From: a virus | Length of the DNA stretch: 64,000 nt | Virus record (IMG/VR): IMGVR_UViG_3300036794_000042 | Coordinates: 9,465 to 73,464 of that record | Strand: one strand, 5' to 3' | Part shown: positions 45,307 through 52,296 of the stretch, one piece after another | How positions within the stretch are numbered: position 1 is the stretch's first letter | Layout of the letters: every line of letters starts with the position of its first letter | Made by a program: the position numbers and the translations under genes | Notes under the pieces: model-generated | What the model was told of the DNA's origin: nothing | Seen by the model: only the letters and a program-made list of their open reading frames with translations | Database searches by the model: none

Positions 45307-45335
45307 GTTATACGGGGTAGCTTGCTGGGCATGAA
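45307..45335 (-). promoter_or_regulatory. Putative SigA-type promoter for the inverted gene pair
   Basis: On the - strand, TTCATG-17 bp-TATAAC about 20 nt upstream of GTG 45285. Confidence 0.55.
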
Positions 45336-45371
45336 GACGGCCACGCCGTACCGCAACCCAGGAGTGACCTG

Positions 45372-46265
45372 ATGACGATCCAGACATTCGATGTAACCGG
45401 GGCAGCCAGCGCACAGGGCCTGGACGTCTCCAACTTCCAGGGCCGGTTTGACTGGGCCGGGGCTAAGAAGAACGTGCCCAATCTCGCCTTCGGCATCCAC
45501 CGGCTCACCCAGGGCCTGGGCACGCCGGGCACCAACTCGCCGGACCCCGATGCGACCTGGAACCACCAGCAGATCACTGCCATCGGCATCGACCGTGGCG
45601 CGTACCACTTCATGGACCCGCGCGAGGACGGCACCAAGCAGGCCAACTACTTCGTCACCAACCTCCAGAAGGTCGGCCTGCGCACCACGGACATCCTGAT
45701 GCTGGACAACGAGACGGCTGGCAGCACGCCGGCCACCACGGCCCAGGTGGCCCGGGACTTCATGAACCGGCTGGACCAGCTCTGCCCGCACAACCCGCGC
45801 GGCGTCTACACCTTCATCAGCTTCGCCAACGAGGGCAACTGCGCCGGGCTCGGGCACTATGACCTCTGGCTGGCCTTCCCGAACCTCACCGCGCCAGCCG
45901 CGCCGCCGCCGTGGCTGGGCTCGATGTTCAGGTTCTGGCAGTGGGGCCAGCGCCGGGGCACCGACGCGGACGCCTTCATGGGCACCGTGAGCCAGCTCAA
46001 GACCTGGATCAACAAGTTCCAGCCCGCGCCGCCGCCGCCAGCTCTCAAGCCCAACCCGGACGGCAGCTTCACGATGGACGGGCACACCACCCTCCGCAGC
46101 TTCGCCCATGCCCACGGCAACACGGTGCTGGGCGTCATGCTCGACACCATCAAGGCCAAGGGCGGGGATCTAGGGCCAGGGCAGCGGGACCTGTTCAGCG
46201 CCCTGGTCAACTCCGGCAGCGTGGCGGACGAGAAGATCGGCCAGGGCACCGAGCTGTGGCCCTGA
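45372..46265 (+). CDS. Endolysin, glycoside hydrolase family 25 muramidase
   Basis: GLDVSNFQG, GAYHF, LDNE (DxE), LWLA, FWQW and DAD motifs; Pro linker plus C-terminal domain. Confidence 0.9.
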   Translation: MTIQTFDVTGAASAQGLDVSNFQGRFDWAGAKKNVPNLAFGIHRLTQGLGTPGTNSPDPDATWNHQQITAIGIDRGAYHFMDPREDGTKQANYFVTNLQKVGLRTTDILMLDNETAGSTPATTAQVARDFMNRLDQLCPHNPRGVYTFISFANEGNCAGLGHYDLWLAFPNLTAPAAPPPWLGSMFRFWQWGQRRGTDADAFMGTVSQLKTWINKFQPAPPPPALKPNPDGSFTMDGHTTLRSFAHAHGNTVLGVMLDTIKAKGGDLGPGQRDLFSALVNSGSVADEKIGQGTELWP

Positions 46266-46537
46266 ACAGGCACAAGGAGCGGCTGGAGTGGGTGGTCTCC
46301 ATCCTCACCGGCTACCGCGAGCACGGCATCAAGGTGGTCAGCGTCCGCGAGATGCTGGCGATGATCGAGGATGGCGAGATCCTGGCCGCCGAGAAGCCGG
46401 ACCCCGACGCGGGCGTGCCCGCAGCGCCGCTCGATCCCCGGGCAGACCCGATGACCGGCTGTATGCCGGTCACGGCCGCCGCTGTTTCCCGTGAAACATC
46501 GGGGGCACCTACCGGGACGAATGGAGGCGCGTCATGA
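46262..46537 (+). CDS. Hypothetical protein (start uncertain: CTG 46262 or GTG 46291)
   Basis: Protein-like LNRHKERLEWVVSILTGYREHG...; fills the gap between the endolysin and the next gene. Confidence 0.45.
   Translation: MNRHKERLEWVVSILTGYREHGIKVVSVREMLAMIEDGEILAAEKPDPDAGVPAAPLDPRADPMTGCMPVTAAAVSRETSGAPTGTNGGAS
46483..46498. promoter_or_regulatory. parS-like ParB-binding palindrome
   Basis: TGTTTCCCGTGAAACA, 15/16 match to the Firmicute/Actinobacterial consensus TGTTTCACGTGAAACA; reads VSRET on both strands. Confidence 0.7.
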
Positions 46538-46692
46538 TCGTGCTCGGAGTCCTGCTGATCGTGGTCGGCCTGCTGGTGGCCAAGCTGGCCATCCTGGTCA
46601 CCATCGGCATCATTGTCCTGGTCATCGGCCTGCTCCTGCTGGTGCTCGGCTACGCCGGCCACCCGGTGGGCGGCAGGCGGTACTGGTACTAG
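46534..46692 (+). CDS. Small two-TM membrane protein (DUF6131-like; possible holin), not in the ORF track
   Basis: GGAGG RBS; MIVLGVLLIVVGLLVAKLAILVTIGIIVLVIGLLLLVLGYAGHPVGGRRYWY. Confidence 0.75.
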   Translation: MIVLGVLLIVVGLLVAKLAILVTIGIIVLVIGLLLLVLGYAGHPVGGRRYWY

Positions 46693-46764
46693 CCCGGCTG
46701 GCCGCCAGCCGGTAGCCTGCCCGTGGGGATCAGGCACCCATCTCGCGGCTGAGTGCCAGCAAGA

Positions 46765-46796
46765 GAGCCCGCCACGTCCTTCCGCGTGGCGGGCTC
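46765..46796. terminator. Hairpin at the convergence of the two arms (probable bidirectional terminator)
   Basis: GAGCCCGCCACG / CGTGGCGGGCTC 12-bp stem between convergent genes. Confidence 0.7.
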
Positions 46797-46808
46797 CCTG
46801 CTATCTGG

Positions 46809-47390
46809 CTAGTGGGCGTTCAGGCCCTGGAAATAGCCGTTCATCCCGTCCGTCTTCACGGTCCAGTCGTGACCGGCGATGTTGTTGCTCGATGCGTCCC
46901 AGTTCGGGCCGAATAGCTGGGAGCAGTACCGGCTGACCCACTTGATCCCGTTGGAGGTCACATCGAAGCCCCAGATCGTCCCGTTGTCGCTCTGGTTCGG
47001 CTTGACCACGATGCTGTTGCAGTTGTCGGCGGCGGCCATGAACTTGCCGTCTGCACCGAGGACCAGCGGCCCCTCAGTCAGCCCGTTGAAGGTGCCGCCA
47101 TCGTTGCAGAACTTGAGCGACCGGGCCGAGTTGGTGTCTTCCTCGAATGGTGCGAAGTTCGACAGGCTCGGGGCATTGAGCCAGAGGTTGCTGCCGTTGC
47201 GGGTGTTGTAGGTGTTCAGGCCGCCGCAGTTGGCAACCGTCCCGTCCGCCATCGTGATGTGCGAGCTGCTGCCGATGACGCCCGGGTGGTGGCCCGCCGT
47301 GGCCGCCCCGGCCGGGCTGGCTGCCAGGGCACCCATTCCCGCCAGCATGACCGTTGAAGCCAGGCCGCCGATCCATCGTCCGTATCTCAT
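46809..47390 (-). CDS. Secreted protein (Sec signal peptide; Asn/Gly-rich, four Cys)
   Basis: GGAGG RBS before ATG 47390; MRYGRW...ASPAGA signal with an AxA cleavage site. Confidence 0.7.
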   Translation of the reverse strand: MRYGRWIGGLASTVMLAGMGALAASPAGAATAGHHPGVIGSSSHITMADGTVANCGGLNTYNTRNGSNLWLNAPSLSNFAPFEEDTNSARSLKFCNDGGTFNGLTEGPLVLGADGKFMAAADNCNSIVVKPNQSDNGTIWGFDVTSNGIKWVSRYCSQLFGPNWDASSNNIAGHDWTVKTDGMNGYFQGLNAH

Positions 47391-47403
47391 CGAGACCTCC
47401 ATG

Positions 47404-47437
47404 AAAAACCACTGCACGGTCTTTCCGTGCAGTGGTT
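47404..47437 (-). terminator. Intrinsic terminator
   Basis: AACCACTGCACGG / CCGTGCAGTGGTT 13-bp stem ending in a T-run on the - strand. Confidence 0.75.
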
Positions 47438-47485
47438 CCATTGTCTCACAGATCGCTGCCATTCCGCAGCTCTATCTGCGGATAT

Positions 47486-47989
47486 TTAGCCCATCGTCTT
47501 GTTCACGGCGTACTGCGCCTGGGCCTCGGTGAAGCCCTCGCCTGCCTTGGAAGTGAGCTGCTGCATCAGCCCGGACGGGCTGAATCCAGACCCGTCGCTG
47601 AGGTAGCCCCTGGCGGACAGCACTGCCTGATGGTCCCAGTTCGGGTGCAGGAACCTGATGGCGAACGCCGCGTCCTTCCGGGCGAAGCCCTCGCCCGCGC
47701 TGGAGGTGAGCTGCTGCATCAGGCCGTAGCGGCTGAAGCCCTGGCCATCGGTCAGGTACTGCGCGGCGGTCTCAACCGCCTGCTGCTGGGCCGCCGTGAT
47801 GGTGTGCTGGGGCCTGGGCTTGTGCGTTGCGGCTGGTGCCGCTGCCGCCACTCCCGAGCTGGACGGTGCCTGGGTAGACACCGTGACCGTGGGCGCGGGT
47901 CTCGCCGCGCTGTGCGTGCTAGCGCATCCGGCCAGCACGCCAGCGGCCAGGGCCGCTGCGGCCAGTGCGGCCTGTCCTATCTTGATCAA
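47486..47989 (-). CDS. ltp: Ltp-family lipoprotein (superinfection exclusion-like)
   Basis: Lipobox VLAG-C; two tandem Ltp-type HTH repeats (A...A..YL....GFS..GL.QQL...GEGF...A.YA). Confidence 0.85.
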   Translation of the reverse strand: MIKIGQAALAAAALAAGVLAGCASTHSAARPAPTVTVSTQAPSSSGVAAAAPAATHKPRPQHTITAAQQQAVETAAQYLTDGQGFSRYGLMQQLTSSAGEGFARKDAAFAIRFLHPNWDHQAVLSARGYLSDGSGFSPSGLMQQLTSKAGEGFTEAQAQYAVNKTMG

Positions 47990-47999
47990 TTTCCTTCTC

Positions 48000-48296
48000 C
48001 TAATCCAGTTCTTCCACTATGACGGCCCAGAGCGGGATGCTCCAGGGCCTCTTGACATACAGCTCGAACGGCCTGCGGTGAATCCAGCCCACCCAGGCCA
48101 TGATGCCCAGGGCGAACAGCAGCAGGTAGAACTCCGCGATGATCCAGCCGACCAGGGCGAAGCCCCAGACCGCCATCCAGAAGACCAGGATGAACGGCCA
48201 CACGAACAGCACCCAGACGGCCAGCGTGACCGAGTAGAGACCGGGCAGCCAGAAGTAGCTGCGCCGGTACCCCCACGGCCACGAGTAGATGATCAT
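48000..48296 (-). CDS. Trp/Phe-rich integral membrane protein
   Basis: Long hydrophobic stretch. Confidence 0.6.
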   Translation of the reverse strand: MIIYSWPWGYRRSYFWLPGLYSVTLAVWVLFVWPFILVFWMAVWGFALVGWIIAEFYLLLFALGIMAWVGWIHRRPFELYVKRPWSIPLWAVIVEELD

Positions 48297-48775
48297 TGCC
48301 CTCGCTCATCCTCCGGCACCAGCTCGCGGGCCGCTTCCACCAGGCCGATGATCGTGCTGGTGGGATTGGTCGAGTCGGTGCGCATCTCGGCCAGTGTGCG
48401 GACGATGTGCTCGGCCGCGCCGAACCGCTCCACGGCCTCGCCCTGGGCGGCCAGGTCGGCTGCGTGCCACTCGCGCACGTCCCGCAGGATGGCGATCTCA
48501 GCGAACGCGGTGCGGGCCTTGCCCACCTGCTCAGCCAGCCGGTCCGCGTCGGAGCCCTCGAACTCCGAGCTGCCGGTGTCCAGCTTCTGCCGCAGCCGCA
48601 GGGCCATGCCCTCCAGCTCGTGCAGCGCCACATGAGCGTGACGGCGGGCCGCCCGGTCAGCGTTGCGGTGCTCGCGGTTCGGGTAGCTCACGCCGGCCGC
48701 CGTGTTGGCGGGCCGGGCGGTGCGGCGGAACGCCTCCTTCTCGGCTGGCGTTACCGGGTCACGGCGGTCAGCCAT
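48293..48775 (-). CDS. Hypothetical protein
   Basis: AAGGAG RBS before ATG 48775. Confidence 0.6.
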   Translation of the reverse strand: MADRRDPVTPAEKEAFRRTARPANTAAGVSYPNREHRNADRAARRHAHVALHELEGMALRLRQKLDTGSSEFEGSDADRLAEQVGKARTAFAEIAILRDVREWHAADLAAQGEAVERFGAAEHIVRTLAEMRTDSTNPTSTIIGLVEAARELVPEDERGQ

Positions 48776-48776
48776 C

Positions 48777-49253
48777 TCAGGCTCCTTTCGGGGGCTCGTA
48801 GTCGATGACGAACGTGCTGAAGGCCAGATCCTGGACCAGCTCAGCGACGGGCCAGAACATCTCCATGCCCCGGGTCGTGGTGACCCAGAGGTAGGCGTTC
48901 CGCACATCGTCCTTCCCGGTCAGGAAGTAGGCGTTCTGCGGGTCGCGGACCAGGGCGCGAGCGGTGCCGTAGACCGGCTCATCGCTCAGGAGATCCCCGC
49001 CGCCCGTGGTGGGCACCCTGGCGACCTTGGCGTGACGCCGGCTGGCGTCCACCAGGCTGCCAAGGCGGCTGGCCTCATCAGCGCTCAGCGGGTGGCCGAT
49101 CTCGCGGTAGCCAGCCGCCATGCACTGCTTCAGGTCCCAGCTCTCGCTCCCGACCACCACGGCAAAGTCCGTGGTGTCCAGCCGGTCTGCGGCTGCCTTG
49201 TGGAACTCACGGGCATCCGTGTCATCCAGGCGGATGGTGAAGTCCTGCATCAT
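48777..49253 (-). CDS. Hypothetical protein
   Basis: GGAG RBS before ATG 49253. Confidence 0.6.
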   Translation of the reverse strand: MMQDFTIRLDDTDAREFHKAAADRLDTTDFAVVVGSESWDLKQCMAAGYREIGHPLSADEASRLGSLVDASRRHAKVARVPTTGGGDLLSDEPVYGTARALVRDPQNAYFLTGKDDVRNAYLWVTTTRGMEMFWPVAELVQDLAFSTFVIDYEPPKGA

Positions 49254-49429
49254 GCTCCGTTCTTGCGAGCGCGCCGGGCTCGGCGGCTCCTGGTGAAGTG
49301 GTAGAGGCCGGTCCATGCCACGGCCACGGCTGCCCAGATGAACGTCCAGGCCACGTTGTGCGCGACGGCTGAGCTGACGGCGAAGAAGGTGACTACGGCC
49401 ATCGCCCAGATCCATGCGATCCTGCTCAT
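49250..49429 (-). CDS. Small two-TM membrane protein
   Basis: MSRIAWIWAMAVVTFFAVSSAVAHNVAWTFIWAAVAVAWTGLYHF + basic tail; AGGAAG RBS. Confidence 0.6.
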   Translation of the reverse strand: MSRIAWIWAMAVVTFFAVSSAVAHNVAWTFIWAAVAVAWTGLYHFTRSRRARRARKNGA

Positions 49430-49586
49430 CGTGATCTTGATCTTCCTGTTGTCTTGTGGGTGAAAGGCACCGGATTTACCACCCTCGGGCGAGAGTCTGC
49501 GTCTGTTCGGTCCCGTCTTCAAACGGGTCCTGATCTGCTCGCTCTCTCGGTGCCCTTCACTCTTGTCAACACGTAGTCCGACCTGG

Positions 49587-49832
49587 TTATTCCCCGGGCA
49601 GTTTGTCCCGCTCAGCTTGCCCGGCTGCCTCGGCCCGGCCCTTGTCGGTGATCTCGTAGCTGGTCTGCTTGCCGTAGTGCCTGATCCTGACCAGGCCGTC
49701 CTGTTCCAGCATCCGCACCCTGAGCGCGGCACTCTGCCAGGTGATACCCATCTGGCGGCCCAGGTCAACCGGGGTGACAATGCCGTGGCCGGGAGCGGCC
49801 AGGTAGGCCAGGATCTTCATCGAGAGGATCAT
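49587..49832 (-). CDS. Winged helix-turn-helix DNA-binding protein (MarR/ArsR-like)
   Basis: ILAYL...TP.DLG..MGIT...A...V..LE..GLV.......Y.IT.KG. Confidence 0.75.
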   Translation of the reverse strand: MILSMKILAYLAAPGHGIVTPVDLGRQMGITWQSAALRVRMLEQDGLVRIRHYGKQTSYEITDKGRAEAAGQAERDKLPGE

Positions 49833-50227
49833 GACTGCTCCACCTTCACGGTCACCCAGTCGTGGCCGCGCTGCGTGCGGCGGCCGACCTCGAAGCGGGT
49901 ATTCCCGTCCCCGTCGTGCTCCATCAGGCCCACGGACAGGTCCCAGGTGGGATAGATCGCGTTGCGGGCCAGCTTGGCCACCCGGGCAGCCAGCCCGTCA
50001 ACCGGCAGGTGCTTCTCTGCGGCTGGCGGGACTGGTCCGGTGACCCTGGCGTGGTCGAGCACGCAGCGGGTGTAGGAGCCCGCCACAAGGCCCTCTGCGG
50101 CTGCCTGGTCCGTGGCGTAGACCACGGCCTCAACCTTGTAGCCCTGGAGCTGTGTGTGGCCGTCTGCGGCCCTCTTGACGGCTGGCGCATCCTCCGGCCG
50201 GCCGTACTTCACGGTGCTGCTCATCAT
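49829..50227 (-). CDS. Hypothetical protein
   Basis: Coupled overlaps, typical codon usage. Confidence 0.55.
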   Translation of the reverse strand: MMSSTVKYGRPEDAPAVKRAADGHTQLQGYKVEAVVYATDQAAAEGLVAGSYTRCVLDHARVTGPVPPAAEKHLPVDGLAARVAKLARNAIYPTWDLSVGLMEHDGDGNTRFEVGRRTQRGHDWVTVKVEQS

Positions 50228-50631
50228 CCATACCTCTCAGCCAGGCGGCGGCCACGGCCGGCCATCATCCAGCGCATGTCTCCTTCTACCCGGTGCGGGT
50301 GGAATGGGGCGTCGAAATCTTCTGACTTCCTGCGCAGCGCCTCACGATCCTCATGCTCGTGGATCTTGGCGGCGCACTCCAGGATGAAGCGGTCCACGTC
50401 ATCGGGGTCCAGGTCGCGGACGTCCAGCCTGACCGGGGTCTCGATGTACCTGGGCTTGCGGTAGCCCTCGCGGGCGTATTCGCGGTCGGTGTCCACGGTG
50501 CGCGTCCCGAGCGTGATCTCGATCTCGTCCGGGTCGCGGCCCCACGGGGCCATGACCGGCCGGGCCAGGATGGTCCACTCCGGCCAGAACACCAGGTCAT
50601 TGACGTGGCGGATTGCCTCTTCTGCCCTCAT
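50224..50631 (-). CDS. Hypothetical protein
   Basis: HEDREAL...FDAPFHPH motif; ATGA overlaps. Confidence 0.6.
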   Translation of the reverse strand: MRAEEAIRHVNDLVFWPEWTILARPVMAPWGRDPDEIEITLGTRTVDTDREYAREGYRKPRYIETPVRLDVRDLDPDDVDRFILECAAKIHEHEDREALRRKSEDFDAPFHPHRVEGDMRWMMAGRGRRLAERYG

Positions 50632-51131
50632 CGCCGTCCCAGCCTTTCCAGCGTGAAGCCGTATCCGGGCGTCTCGGCGGTGAGCCGCCAGTCAGCCTCC
50701 CCGCGCAGGATCTTGCCCAGGCGGCCGGTGACCGTGGTACTGGTCGAGAACATGGACACGCTCAGATGGTTGAGCCTGGTCTCCCGGGCCAGAAGATCAG
50801 CAGACTCGCGGTTGAGCCCGATCTGCTCGGTGATCATCTGGCCAGCCGTGGCCAGGTCTGCGGCTTCCCAGCGCCTCAGCACGGGGATCTCCCCCTTGAT
50901 CTGCTGGATGCCGGTCTCGGTGGCCCGGTAGATCATCTGCCGCAGTGAGATCCGCTCCACCAGGCCCTTGCGGACCAGGCTGGCTGCGGTCCGGCTGACG
51001 CCGTTCTCGTGCAGCTCGACATGATCGTTGCGGCGGACGTAGCTGACGATCTCGTGCCGGGCATAGCCCAGGTTGGTGCCGCCGCGCACGATGGCGGTCA
51101 GCACCTGGGTCTCCCTCTCACTCAGCTTCAT
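50628..51131 (-). CDS. Winged-helix-like hypothetical protein
   Basis: LSERETQVLTAI...TAASLVRKGLVE...YRATETG. Confidence 0.55.
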   Translation of the reverse strand: MKLSERETQVLTAIVRGGTNLGYARHEIVSYVRRNDHVELHENGVSRTAASLVRKGLVERISLRQMIYRATETGIQQIKGEIPVLRRWEAADLATAGQMITEQIGLNRESADLLARETRLNHLSVSMFSTSTTVTGRLGKILRGEADWRLTAETPGYGFTLERLGRR

Positions 51132-51373
51132 CGGAGCCCGTGCCCTCCCACCTGGATCGCGGCGTCTTCGATCAGCGCCTTGGCCATCAGGTCGAGCTGC
51201 GTGTCAACGCAGTCCAGGCACAGCCGCTCCCCGCTCCAGGGGACCAGCGGCCCGGTGCTGGTCTCGCAGCCGGTGCAGCGTGACTCAATGAGCACGGCTG
51301 CTGCGGCTGGCCATTCCCACTCCGGGCCTGGCGCGGCGGGTGTCAGGTCCAGCTCGAACTCCCCGGCCCTCAT
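51128..51373 (-). CDS. Small Zn-finger-like protein
   Basis: CTGC...LCLDC. Confidence 0.55.
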   Translation of the reverse strand: MRAGEFELDLTPAAPGPEWEWPAAAAVLIESRCTGCETSTGPLVPWSGERLCLDCVDTQLDLMAKALIEDAAIQVGGHGLR

Positions 51374-51585
51374 GCCCCGACCTCCGTCCGGTTGACGCTG
51401 AGCGCGGCCTCGGCCGCTGTGAAACGGTCCCAGATCTCCTGGCGCTCAGCACTGTTTTTTGCCAGCTCCACGTTCCGCTGGCGGTGCAGCTCATCGAGCC
51501 TCAGCTCGATCTCAAGCTGCCTCTCACGTTCCGGGTCGTAACCCTCGATCGGGCCGGTGTAGGCCCGCTCGATGTGACTCATCAT
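51370..51585 (-). CDS. Small coiled-coil protein
   Basis: GAAGGAG RBS. Confidence 0.6.
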   Translation of the reverse strand: MMSHIERAYTGPIEGYDPERERQLEIELRLDELHRQRNVELAKNSAERQEIWDRFTAAEAALSVNRTEVGA

Positions 51586-51634
51586 GATCGTGATCTCCTT
51601 CAGGCGGTCCGTCCGCCTTCATAGTTGTCAACAG

Positions 51635-51973
51635 CTACTCTGAGCTGTGTATTCCTCTGCTCCGCTCAGCATTCCTGCTCCGTATGGACTCAAGGCTGCC
51701 AGGATCGGCCATCCGGGCGTTGCGCTCGGCTGGCGTCTCGAAGCCCTGCCCTCGCGGCCCCGGCACGCCCTGGGCGTACCAGACCAGGCAGGCGTCAATG
51801 TCGAAGTCGGGGCCACGGTCTCCCCAGCCCACCGGGCTCGGGAAGGCGTGGCCGTTCCGGTTCTCGGTCCGCCGCAGGTTCCACACATAGACCTGCCTGC
51901 GGTCCAGCGGCGGCACCAGCCGGAAGTAGCCGGTGATCGCATCGGCCACGGCCTGGTACCCGTTCGGGGTCAC
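51635..51973 (-). CDS. Putative DNA-binding protein (excisionase/AlpA-like HTH)
   Basis: GYQAVADAI....RRQVYVW..RR...FP.P......FD.DA...W pattern. Confidence 0.5.
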   Translation of the reverse strand: MTPNGYQAVADAITGYFRLVPPLDRRQVYVWNLRRTENRNGHAFPSPVGWGDRGPDFDIDACLVWYAQGVPGPRGQGFETPAERNARMADPGSLESIRSRNAERSRGIHSSE

Positions 51974-52230
51974 GGAGATCCCTCCATGATCTCCCGCATG
52001 GCCTGGGTCAGATCCTGGGTGAGCGGCTGGCTGACAGTGGCCCCTGCCAGATAGGCCCAGGTGCCCGGCGTCCAGTTCGGCTCGGCCTCGCCCTGGGTCC
52101 AGTTCAGCTCAACGAACGCCTCCCCGTCCCAGCCCGCGCAGATCTCGAACTCCACGGTGCCCTCAACTGGCAGCGCGCCCGGGTAGTGCGTGCGCACCCA
52201 CTCAGCGGCCTTGGTGTCGAACTCGCTCAT
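51970..52230 (-). CDS. Hypothetical protein
   Basis: GAGGGAG RBS. Confidence 0.55.
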   Translation of the reverse strand: MSEFDTKAAEWVRTHYPGALPVEGTVEFEICAGWDGEAFVELNWTQGEAEPNWTPGTWAYLAGATVSQPLTQDLTQAMREIMEGSP

Positions 52231-52296
52231 CGTCTCCCTCTCGCGTGGAAAGGGCCGGGCTGCGGTCTGGCAGCCCGGCCCTCGCTCTGTGCTGGC

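Noticed and set aside
44440-45372. Invertible (phase-variable) DNA segment explaining the inverted genes
   Set aside because: No inverted repeats seen at the boundaries and no recombinase in the window.
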